A stretch of 64,000 nt of DNA from Felis catus (Eukaryota): positions 108,130,001 through 108,194,000 of the forward strand of contig NC_058373.1 of NCBI RefSeq assembly GCF_018350175.1, given 5' to 3'. Under the pieces are notes generated by a model, which saw only the letters and a program-made list of their open reading frames with translations, ran no database searches and had not been told where the DNA came from. Shown one piece after another: positions 51,839 through 64,000 of the stretch (position 1 is its first letter; every line of letters begins with the position of its first letter). Both the position numbers and the translations under genes were made by a program.

Positions 51839-53402
51839 ATTATGTCATTAAGAAAATCTTGATTCACATAGATCGCTAGTTATAAATAGTAATAGTTTTT
51901 AATAGCTTACCTTAAATCTCAAAATACTCAAGTAAAATTGATCTAGATGCTTGAGTTGAAAAATTTGTATCAAAGTTCAGTTACTAACAACAGCAAATAT
52001 TCACATTCCTTATTAATGTATAAAAGTCAGATACACACACAAATTTAAGTGTTGAAACTAGATTATCACTGTTGCACAATACAACTGTTACTCAACATAA
52101 TGGGAGCATGTGCTGAGAACCCTGCCTGTTTTTTTGAGAGTGTTGCTTCTATGATTGAACCTTGCAATTTTGCAGATCATTTGGAGGGAGGAGAGATTTG
52201 AGGTAGATACAATTATGTGCTTCATTCATAGGATGTAAGGAGGATTAAGTGATAGAATGCTGACAAAGTCCTTAGCATAGTGCTAAGTGCTTAATAAATG
52301 GTAACAGCCGTTTTCAACATTTAATAAATAATTGACTTAACAGAATTAGGTTGAAAGTCATAGGAGCATGCTGAGTATTTGAGGTAGAAGCAACATTCTT
52401 CCTTAAGATAAAACACTGGAAGAGCAAACAGACTTTGGAGTGAAAAAAACACCTTGTGTTCAAATCCCGTCTGCTAATGGCTGTTTTTAGCCTACTGTAT
52501 AACCTCATCTGTAAAAAGGGATAATATTTACCCTATTTACAAATTTTGAGAGAACTAGGCACCTGGTATGGGGTAACATTTGGCACATAGTAGGTTTTAA
52601 TAAACAACAGCTCTTAAAGAAGCTAAGGACAGAACCGGGGTTAGCCTTGTTTACCTCCTCCAGCTGGGTCAGGAGGAATAGATGTTTCTACACAGTCAAG
52701 CAAAGGAAGGTGAATGTCTCTGCTTAGGAAAATCTTTCTGATTTTATTCTTGGAAAAGTTCCCTAAAGATATATCCTTGTTTTGACACCTTTGTTAATGT
52801 TTATTAACCTGTTTCTTTCAATTCTTAGTATTGTGTCACATCTTTTTTTTTTTCTTCTATCCTCCTGCTTTTATTTGGTACTTGTGCTAGTAAAGAAAGG
52901 GGGCTGCTAAAGAGGCTGCTAAGGGAATAAGCAACCTGAAAATGGTAACTTATTATAGCTGCTAATATAGATTTCTTTAGCTTATAGTCAGTATTGCTCA
53001 TGTGGTAGGGTAGAAGAAGTTGGGAAAATATCAGAGTCCAAAGAAACAAGTCAAAAATCAGTTTGTAGCTGTAACTGTTCTGCCAGCTTAACAACTCCTG
53101 TTTTCAAGTTAATATGTACAGCTTTAGTTTCTTTAGACTTAATGGTGCTTTCTTTATGTTGAAACTACTTCTGAATGGCTATGAGGGTGCACATACACAG
53201 GCTACTTTTAAGACTTTGGCTAAAACAAAATATCCTCTCTAATTTGATATGCCAGGAAGGAAATACCTGTTTCAGACAGGTTTAAAGCTCCATCTTGGAC
53301 TTCTTTGTTAGAGTTCCCTGTGTCTTCAGTAATCCAGAAATTTGTGTATCTGTCCCCTACATTCTTACTTTACACATTCATGTAGTAGACCAATCTATAT
53401 AA

Positions 53403-53759
<357 letters not shown>

Positions 53760-53962
53760 TAGAAGTAATTAGAAGGTGGTCATACTCTCTGTCCTTTAAT
53801 GTAATTTTTATTACCTGCTTTTAAAGCTTCAGTAAGGAATTTTTAAGATACTGGCCTTTTCCCCCTCTTTCTCTTTTGCCCCACCTTGCTACCAGTCTTC
53901 CTTTTAATAACATGACCCTTCTTTTCAATGGTTTGCTTGCCATGTTACTTTAAAAATAATCA

Positions 53963-54172
53963 GGGGCGCCTGGGTGGCTCAGTCGGTTGAGCAGCCGACT
54001 TCGGCTCAGGTCATGATCTCGCGGTCCGTGAGTTCGAGCCCCGCGTCGGGCTCTGTGCTGACAGCTCAGAGCCTGGAGCCTGTTTCAGATTCTGTGTCTC
54101 CCTCTCTCTCTCTGACCCTCCCCCGCTCATGCTCTGTCTCTCTCTGTCTCAAAAATAAATAAACATTAAAAA
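53963..54172 (+). mobile_element. Young Can-SINE in intron 2 with 11-bp TSD (aaaaataatca)
   Basis: CpG-rich near-consensus copy; TSD 53952-53962 and 54173-54183. Confidence 0.95.
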
Positions 54173-54212
54173 AAAAATAATCATTAAAAGCAACTGGCAA
54201 GTCTAATTTTAG

Positions 54213-54506
<294 letters not shown>

Positions 54507-54540
54507 TGATACAGATCTAATTTTTTTAATGTTTTTACAG

Positions 54541-54625
54541 TTTGAACTAACTGGACACAGTGTGTTTGATTTTACTCATCCATGTGACCATGAAGAAATG
54601 AGAGAAATGCTTACACATAGAAATG
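54541..54625 (+). CDS. HIF1A: HIF1A exon 4 ([28 protein letters not shown])
   Basis: 85 nt after an 82-nt intron; TTTTACAG acceptor, GTAAG donor; not in the ORF track, translated by hand. Confidence 0.98.
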
Positions 54626-55196
54626 GTAAGAAGAAAAGTCTGTTGTTTGATTTAATCTGGCAGGTGGTTTTACCTAATAAAATACTGTTACTAATTTAAA
54701 AACTCTGCTATTGTACTAACCTAAGGCTCAAAACATCATTTCATGTTTAATAAAATGTTATTCTGTTCTTTGTTAAATCTTTGTTACTCTATTTTTTAGA
54801 AATTTCATAAAAATACCTTAATTTTTAAAGCTCACTGAATTCCATAAATAATTATATAGATAATAATACTACATAAAATGAAAAAGTCAAGACCCAAAGA
54901 GGTCAGTTTATAACATACAACTTTTAGGCAAGGGGAAGTCATAATAAATAATAAGATTTTAGATAGTTGTTATACTTGAGGTACCAGTTTATGTTCAAGC
55001 TTTCTCAAGGACCAGGGTAAAGAAAAGAGAAAGTTCACCAGATTTTTTAAAAGCGTAATTGTTTATTTGACTTCAGGATGTTCACAGTAATTTGAGACTA
55101 TGTAGTAAGATCATAAAGTATTATATTATTGAATGCCCCCACATTAGCAGCAACAAAAAAGACCCACTAAGACCTCTTAACTCTCAGGCTTGAGGG

Positions 55197-55414
55197 TTTT
55201 TTTTTTTATTTTTTTTTAATGTCTATGTATTTTGAGAGAGACAGAGCATGAGCTGGGGAGGGGCAGAGAGAGAGACGGAGAGGGAGAATTCCAAGCAGGC
55301 TTCATGCTGTCAGTGCAGAGCCCAATGAGGGGCTTGATCTCACGAACCCTGAGATCATGGCATGAGCCAAAATCAAGACTCAGATACTTAACTGACTGAG
55401 CCACCATATGCTCC
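55197..55414 (-). mobile_element. Can-SINE in intron 4 (antisense)
   Basis: Poly-T, GA tract, reverse-complement SINEC body. Confidence 0.9.
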
Positions 55415-57039
55415 TAGGATTGAATTGTTCAAAATAAGTCTTCAAAGATTTTTGGAGAATACCTCTTGAATTACAAAAGCTTAATAATTAGTCTCTCCAC
55501 CTGTACCTTCTTAAGGCACAAAGTATACTGATAATTTATAGTCACCACAATAAAAATTTGTCATTATGCTCTGTAGCTGTCCTTTGCAGCTCTCTAATTT
55601 AAGTGTGTAAGTTTGTTTGCTTCTGTATTAAACAACCTCAAGTTCACAGCACTTTTTGAATATTTTTTATGTTTTTTTAATCTCCTTTCATTTATGATAA
55701 TAGTTAACCTCTATTGAGAGATTACTCTGTGCCAGAACACTGTTCTCTGCATATTATATGCTTTAATGCCTTTTTTCTTCACAACACCCTGTGAAGTTAC
55801 TATTTCTATTTTACTGAGGAAACTAAGGCACAGAATTATTTGGAAACTTACCCAAGATTACTTGGTTAGTAAATGGCACAGTATAGGTTAAACTCAGGTA
55901 GTTGGGCTCATTAGTACTTTGGAGATCTTTCATGTTCAACAACTCTCAGTACTTTCTGTGGCTACTTTTGACCCTTTCAGTAGGAGCCTTCTCCTGTTTT
56001 TTTTTTTAATTTAATACTTGGTGTTCACTGTGAACTTGGGAAAACAAATATGATTTTTAGAATTCTGTATAAAGGAAGAGTAAATACACTTCACACAGGG
56101 ACCTAAGTGGGCTGTCAATTAGTTTAGTATAGGACTTCTAGTGTTTAGACTTTGAAGTTTAGACACTGAAGTTTGGATGCTCAGTTCTTCCCTTGGGCTA
56201 TGAATGGATGGATATGAGGAAATTTTATTTTGATTGGGCAATGATGCTAATGCTTTATTCTAAATCAAATATATTCCACATAATATAGTTTAAATGTATG
56301 TTTTTGAACAAATGTTTTTTTTTTTAAACAAATGGCTTTTTAAAGCACATGAACTTTTTGAAAATCATTCCTAATGTAATGAATGTTTGATGTTTTGTTG
56401 GGAAACAGATACGCACTTTTCACTTCTAGAAAAAGGGTTTGCTGCAATGCGTCACATATTAATGTTATGCTAAGAACCAGTGGTGTGTTTATACAACATA
56501 GTTCTATTATTTTTTTCATTTAAATTCTAAAATGATGACTTAGAGTTCACTAAATTATTATAAAATATGATTTATTTTTAGAGGTCTGAAAATTTAGTTC
56601 TTGTAAAATGTTTTTTTTTTTCCATTAGGAAAATGATAGTACCTTGGTTTTTAAATTAATCTTCCTGTCCCAATTCAAAGGCTTTGGGTTTCCAAAGGTC
56701 AGTACAATTCAAGCTTAGATTACGAAGGACTGAAAATCCTCAAAGAATTTACAAGTAGATCTCTGTTGGCATCACAACCACAACACAGCTCTGTACCACC
56801 ACTGAGACCAGTGTGGTTCTTGTGGCATCTTTTTAAAATCCATTCCCAAACACTGTGAGGGAGGGCAAATTGAATCCTGATTTGACTAAACCCAAATAAC
56901 TTATATCAGCACCAAGACTGCCCCTTTGCCTAATTCCACTAGCATGGAATTAGAACTCTTCTAGAAGAGTCCGGCGTTTCTACCTAAGTAAGCCTAAATT
57001 TAAGCTATCTTATTTCTTTTCTACTTGACACTTTTTTTC

Positions 57040-57272
57040 TTTTTTTTTTTTTTTTAATTTTGTTTTCCAACGTTTTTATTTATTTTTGAGACAGAGAGAG
57101 ACAGAGCATGAACGGGGGAGGGGCAGAGAGAGAGGGAGACACAGAATCGGAAACAGGCTCCAGGCTCTGAGCCATCAGCCCAGAGCCTGATGCGGGGCTC
57201 GAACTCACGGACCGCGAGATCGTGACCTGGCTGAAGTCGGACGCTTAACCGACTGCGCCACCCAGGCGCCCC
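57040..57272 (-). mobile_element. Young SINEC_Fc in intron 4 (antisense) with 15-bp TSD
   Basis: Near-consensus; TSD ttgacactttttttc at 57025-57039 and 57274-57288. Confidence 0.95.
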
Positions 57273-58314
57273 ATTGACACTTTTTTTCAATATACTAGCC
57301 TTAAAATCTCCAGATCCTTTTTTTTTATTTCCCTCCTCCCCACTTATTTCTATCAGTTTTCAAGTTTTTTCTAGTTCTTTATATGTCATTTGTCACCCTT
57401 CTTTTCACTTCTCTTTACCGTTCAGCCTGATTACCATCATTGTATTTTAATTCTAATATATCCTATATATTGCTTCTAGATTAATGTACCGTAAGTTCCT
57501 GACTGTGCTTCCCATCTCAGAATTTTTTAGAAGCTCCATGTTGTATATTTAAAGCTGAACTCCTAATTAGGACATCCAAGGCCCTCCAGTTACAGCCCTA
57601 ATCTTCCCTTTCTAACTATCTCATTACGCTTCTGCAAGTACTTTATATTGCAGCAACCTGATCTATCTACTAGCATCTATCTATTCCCCAAACATGTGTT
57701 CTTTTTCCCCACCTCTGTGCTTCTCATTATTTTCCTTTTCACCATGTTTTAGTTATATAAGGTTTGGAATGGGAATAAATAGACCTAAATTTATTTCACT
57801 CTAATTTTGCTTTGAAAAGTCATTCAATATTTTGGTTTTTTCCTCTAATAACAAAGTAGAAATAACGTCATGCCTGCTTTACAGGAAGATTTAAGGAAAC
57901 GTCAGATATATAAAAATGTTACCTGCTTTGAAAACAAAGTTGATATTTTAAAAGTTCTGTAAATACATGGAGTGTTTATTATAAATTGAGCTAACACATT
58001 TAGCAAAGGTTGGAGGAGTTCACTGAAGTTCTTTTTTGGGGGGTGTGCTTATTACACGGATACAGCAATTAAACGGGTACACTTAATAAGGCAGATTCCT
58101 ACATTTGTATTTCTTTGTAATTTTGCCAGCTTTACTGGCTTCAGTGTGAAATGGTTAACTGTTATTTGCAATCAGGGAATCACTGGAATTGTGAACCCCA
58201 GTTACTGATTCGAGCATATTAATCCCTTGGATGTGTTTGAGTATGAATCACTGTTTATGCTGAGACTTTTAATTGAATAGTACCTAGGTGCTACTCTTAC
58301 TAAAACAAATTTAA

Positions 58315-58488
<174 letters not shown>

Positions 58489-59037
58489 TAAGTGGTGATG
58501 CACTTGGTTTATAGATAAATTCATACATCTTAACACTGCTAATATTTAAGATAGCATTAGAATTGTGAGGGGAAACATACAGTTGTTCATTGGCATTTGC
58601 AGATTTACCATCCCAAATTGTAGTAATTTGCCATTTTGAGGCATGAACTTACATGAATTGTAATACTGGTATACCAATCTAACTTAATCAGCTGTTTTTT
58701 CCAACCCACCCAGTGTTTGAATCTTGATAGAAATTAATTTTCTATTCATTTTTGTTTCATTTCTTTGCTCGGTGTTGAAATAATCATCAAAGCAAGAAAT
58801 AATAAAAATAATAAATAAAACTGCCACTATGACTAAATGAATGAAAAATCAGCCCAGATTTGTATGAAGAGAGTATTTTAAAGAGTAATTTATGGTGCCT
58901 GAGTCTTGAGTGGTGTCACAGGGGAAACATTTTTAATCCATGAATGACAGTAAATTTTATCAAAGCTTACTTGCCATGTCACACTTCAGCTATTTATCTC
59001 TGTGGTTTTTTTTTAACTAGCATTTTATATTTTTTAA

Positions 59038-59268
<231 letters not shown>

Positions 59269-59519
59269 TAAATGATATACAAACTATAACATGAAAGTTT
59301 TAATTAGTCCATAGCAAAGGCATATAATGCATAATTTGAGGAAGAATAGGTTACTTTTGGTTATGGACAAGAAAGGAAAGTGTTTGATCATCTCCTCACC
59401 CTACATATTGCCCATGATTTCTATTGCCATTTCCCTTTACGTTCATAACTATTTTTAATTGCCAATTTGATATTTTTATTTGGATATTTTTCTATATTAA
59501 TAAAATATTTCTGTAACTG

Positions 59520-60360
59520 AACTGTACTACTATTGCCCCAAAACATCAACCTCAGAAATTGCTTTTCCTTTTATAATGCCTAGCATGGTTAGTATATCAC
59601 TATAGGCATACGACTCCTACAAATATTTGGAAGTCATCCTTAACTTTTCTTTTACCTTCATTATGTATACCCGTCGGTCTCTAAATCTTACAGATTTACT
59701 GTCTAAATACATTTCTTGATCCATTTGTTCCTTTCCACCCTTGCTTTCCTGCCACTGAATTCTTCAGCTCATTACCTTTGGCTTAAATTGTTGCCATAAT
59801 CTCCTAAACTGTCTCTTTGCCCACAGATTTTTGCCCTCTAGTCTCTCATCCAGGATCCCAAAAAGTGGACTTCCTAATATGAAAATCAGATCTTTACACA
59901 GAAAAAACTCTGGCTTATAAAAATATTAGAGGAGGGCAGGAGATTTTTCTTTATCAAAAGAAAAATGTGCATTTTGAAAAGCCGAAAGAAAAATAGACCT
60001 TGACAATAAAACCCAAACTTTGCTTAGCATGGCCAACAAAGATATTTATGATCTGGCCTCTGCCCACTTGTCTAAATTAATAAGGAAGAGAGGGTGTGAC
60101 CCCCCCCAACACCCTACAGCTAGAGAGCACCATGTGCTCATTTGCTGTCTTAGCGCCTTTACATATATTTTCCCATTCTGCAGTGAGATTTTCTTCAACT
60201 CCTAACACATATTTACCTTTCAGGAGCCATCTAGATACTCCTTTGGGAAGCCTTCCTTGTTCCTTCAGGACACTATACTATCCTTGTGCATATGTCTGTC
60301 ATAACATTTCTTCTACTCTTGTAATTATTTACTTGTCTCACTTTTTACTATAAGACTATA
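59520..60360 (+). mobile_element. Degenerate L2 remnant in intron 6
   Basis: L2-like phrases (ctcctaaactgtctc, ttatgatctggcctctgcc, gggaagccttcc). Confidence 0.5.
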
Positions 60361-60693
60361 ACATCATAGCTGAAGGCATAGATTATGTAGCCAGACTACT
60401 AAATCCTGATTCTGTTGCCTATATCTAAGTGATCTTGGGCCCATTAGTTCTTTTTGAGCATCAGTTTCTTCATCTTTTGTAACACCTACCTAACATAGGG
60501 TCATCTTAAAGATTGTATGAGGGAACCAATTTTAAGCACTTAGTCATAATATAAAGTAGGTAGAAATCCCCACCGTAGTGGACAAGGAAATGTGACAGAT
60601 CTCTGGCTTTAGAATCACATAATCCTGGATTCAGTCCTGGCTTGCAGCTCTGATACTACAGTGTGGTCTTGGTATTAAAACTTAACTCTTTCA

Positions 60694-60901
60694 GGGGCGC
60701 CTGGGTGGCTCAGTCGGTTTAGTGGCCGACTTCGGCTCAGGTCATGATTTCACGGTCCGTGAGTTCGAACCCCGCGTCGGGCTCTGTGCTGACAGCTCAG
60801 AGCCTGGAGCCTGTTTCAGATTCTGTGTCTCCCTCTCTCTGACCCTCCCCTGTTCATGCTCTGTCTCTGTCTCAAAAATAAATAAACGTTAAAAAAAAAA
60901 A
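60694..60901 (+). mobile_element. Young Can-SINE in intron 6, nested in a MIR-like relic
   Basis: CpG-rich near-consensus copy. Confidence 0.93.
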
Positions 60902-62182
60902 TTTTTTTTTTTAAAACTTTTTCAAATTTTACTATCCTTACAATAAGGGTAATATTTCAAAAGGTTGTTGTCAGAATTGAAGGAGTTTGTTGAGTGCCTT
61001 GTACACGTAATAAATGCTTCACCACTGGTGACAAGCATTTTATGGTGTTTATTGCCATTAATCATGTGAATATATGATAGAACAGAGATACCCATCCCTT
61101 TTTGAGGAATTATTTTTTATCTTTTGAACTCAGTAGCAAGGTATAGAGATAGGCTGGGGAGAATGGAAAGTAGTGGAGCTAGAATGAGAATTGAGGAAGG
61201 GAGTGACATTTCTCTTAGGTCCTATCAGAAAACTGGCAAAATGATCATGACAGGAGTAAAGACTGCCAACTTAGAGATCAGCCAAGTGAGGTTTTAAGTT
61301 TGACCGGGAGATTGTTATTTTCTGGTTAGAGCTCTTTACAGAAACTTCTCACATCTAAAACCCCTAATAACCGAGATCTAGAAAAATTTTTGCCCAATTT
61401 TGAGAAAATCTAACCTACCCAAAACTTAGGGCATTCAAAATATCTCACAAATGCTTATTATTTACTGTACTAATTTCTGCTTATAGTTAATCCGCACATT
61501 TATTTGAGCATCTACAATGTTCATGGCAAAGTAGAAATGAAGAGTAACAGTTCTTGGTCTCAGGATACTTACAATGAATGAATAATACGCTGCATTGTTG
61601 CTTTAGATCACAGGTTTCCTAGTCCATTAAAAACACATTATGATCAAATTTCCTGGATCACTCCTTTTTGGTACAGAATATAAGCTATATAAGTCTCTAA
61701 AGTTAAATAAAATTGACTTTCTAGGAAAGCATTCTGTTTATATTTTAACATCTTGCATCCCTTAATGATAGATGTACCTCAACTCTGAGAAGCACTGATT
61801 GACATCTAATTAAATCAGAGCTTCTTAACATGATAATAAAAGGTCCCCATTAATCTGCTTACATCTCTAGCCTCATCTCTTCTCACCTGCCCCCACTAAC
61901 CACATGAAAGTCTTTCTCATTTATACACTGTCAAGCATTGTCTTTTCTCTGTCTTTGCTTCTGGTATATCTTCTTCCTGAAATGGTTTTGCTGCTCACCC
62001 AACCATTTCTTCTCATTGATAAGGGTGGTTCCTCTGATTCCTGCAACAGATTACCATCATTACACTTACCACATTATTTCATTAGTAGTATGGTAAGTGT
62101 TCCAGAAGATTACCTACACGTTGAGTTTTGACCTTGCATTTTCACACCTAGAACAATGCCAGGCATACTTAGCATATAAAGA

Positions 62183-62398
62183 TTTATTTTTTTGTTAAGT
62201 TTACTTATTTATTTATTTTGAGAGACAGAGTACAAACAGGGGAGGGGTAGACAGAGAGAGACAGACTCCAAAGCATTCTTTGTGCCGTCAGTGTAGAGCC
62301 CAATGTGGGGTTTGAACTCATGAACTGTGAGATCATGACCTGACCTGACTGGAATCAAGAGTCTGATGCTTCAACCCACTGAGCCACAGAGGTGCCCC
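62183..62398 (-). mobile_element. Can-SINE in intron 6 (antisense)
   Basis: Reverse-complement SINEC; flanking gcatata(a)agattta repeat. Confidence 0.88.
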
Positions 62399-62549
62399 AG
62401 GCATATAAAGATTTAAATAATGGAAATTTTTTTAATCCCACGGGAATTTTGTTTAAAAGTAACCAATATAAGATGAATTAAAGTTATTTTTAAAGCATAA
62501 TTTAAAGAAATAGGACCATTTTTTAAAAATACTAGTTTCCTTTGTAATG

Positions 62550-62563
62550 CTGCCACCTAGTGC
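62550..62563 (-). promoter_or_regulatory. Candidate CTCF site in intron 6
   Basis: Minus strand GCACTAGGTGGCAG, 13/14 match to CCACYAGGTGGCAG core. Confidence 0.45.
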
Positions 62564-63529
62564 AGATGTGTTTAGAGATACCTCTTTGTAAAGAAGTTTG
62601 GATTTTAGCTTTGGTTTAGTTTTTGTTTTTTGTGTTTTTTTACAAACCTCTTTCTACTTCTAATTATTTTGGAATAAACTGTATGGCAGATCTTGCCTTA
62701 AAGTGTGACAACACAAACTCTTACTTTTATACATTTATACATTTTACTTTTATACATTTCTTAGAAGGATATCTTTCTTGTGTGTTTTTTGTAGTTGTTT
62801 TTTTTTTTTTTTTTTTTTTTTTTGGACACAGTACACTAAGTAACTTTTGCTTACAACTCAGGAAGTCCTGAGAAATTAAAAAGTTTAACTCAGGTTTTGC
62901 TCCTAGAAAAAAGAGAGCAAAGTGTGGTGTTAAGACAGCTTTCTCTTTCACATGAAATGGGTTCCGTTTCTGACTGGTTACACAGAGTAGTAAGATCTAA
63001 TCTATGTCCTAAAAGAACTTTCAGGAAACCAAAAGGGGTTTAGACTAAATTACTTTCTAGTCCATTTTCAGTTTGATATCATTGTTTCATCTAAAATGAA
63101 TTCCTATAATTTTATATTATTTAAAAAACTAAGTTACAAGAGCATCTTCTAAAACAAACATAATGTGTATCTCTTTACTTCCATTTAGTGTAGATATTCT
63201 TTGGTTGGTGATACTAAAATTGTGTAGTAGATGTTGACTGAAGCCTTGCCTAAGGGCGCTGTTAAATAATCTGGTTTGTGCACACTCAATACAAAAAGAA
63301 TCTGGTTTTATGGTAAACTAATATTATGGATTTAATCTTATATTTCAAGTTAAATGTCAGTGATTACCATTACAACTTATTACCATTTTATTTAGCAGTA
63401 CTTTCTATCTACTTATGAATCCCCTTATTACCAAAAGTAAGTACAGTAAAACACGATGACAATATGTAATGAGTTTGGGTGAAAGGGATAAACGGGTTAA
63501 GTAGCAGGATATGAATCCAGAGGATTTAA

Positions 63530-63841
<312 letters not shown>

Positions 63842-64000
63842 TAGATTTTCTAATTATGTAATTTGCAATCTCCTTACTGTTTGGCCATGTATCTAACTTT
63901 TTGGTTAAAATTAATCCGTCTTCCTAGACTAAATATCTTAATAGAACTCTTCATAAGGGATGTCAACCATTAAATCTATGTTTTGTATTTGTTGTAACTG

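Noticed and set aside
60889..60914. 26-bp palindrome TT-A11-T11-AA
   Set aside because: A-then-T tails are common in cat SINEs; similar tails occur at other copies here.

Overview
Mammalian (felid) genomic DNA. Carnivore tRNA-Lys-derived Can-SINEs of the cat SINEC_Fc type and an L1_Fc-like 3' end are abundant. The window holds about 35 kb of upstream intergenic sequence, the CpG-island promoter and the first seven coding exons of HIF1A (hypoxia-inducible factor 1-alpha) on the + strand. The exons are 35093-35127, 53525-53715, 54313-54458, 54541-54625, 58358-58470, 59065-59267 and 63712-63818, all with GT-AG boundaries. They give 880 nt of open frame covering bHLH, PAS-A and the start of PAS-B, and the gene continues past the window. 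The rest is mostly repeats: Can-SINEs, L1, L2, MIR, MLT1, an ERV1-like solo LTR, an ERVL internal fragment, MER5/Tigger relics and microsatellites. I do not see a wholly new biological system. The best leads are regulatory. (i) A dense distal motif cluster about 27 kb upstream has a perfect NRF2 ARE plus UPRE/HRE, M-box, NR5A/ERR and AP-1 motifs. (ii) Intron 1 holds a recognisable but coding-dead homologue of the human alternative first exon I.3. (iii) Young inverted SINEs flank the phase-symmetric 231-nt exon 3-4 block, which would form a stop-free circular ORF if back-spliced. (iv) Several promoter and splice-site differences from human HIF1A stand out. Repeat family names and human comparisons are from memory and need confirmation by RepeatMasker and alignment.
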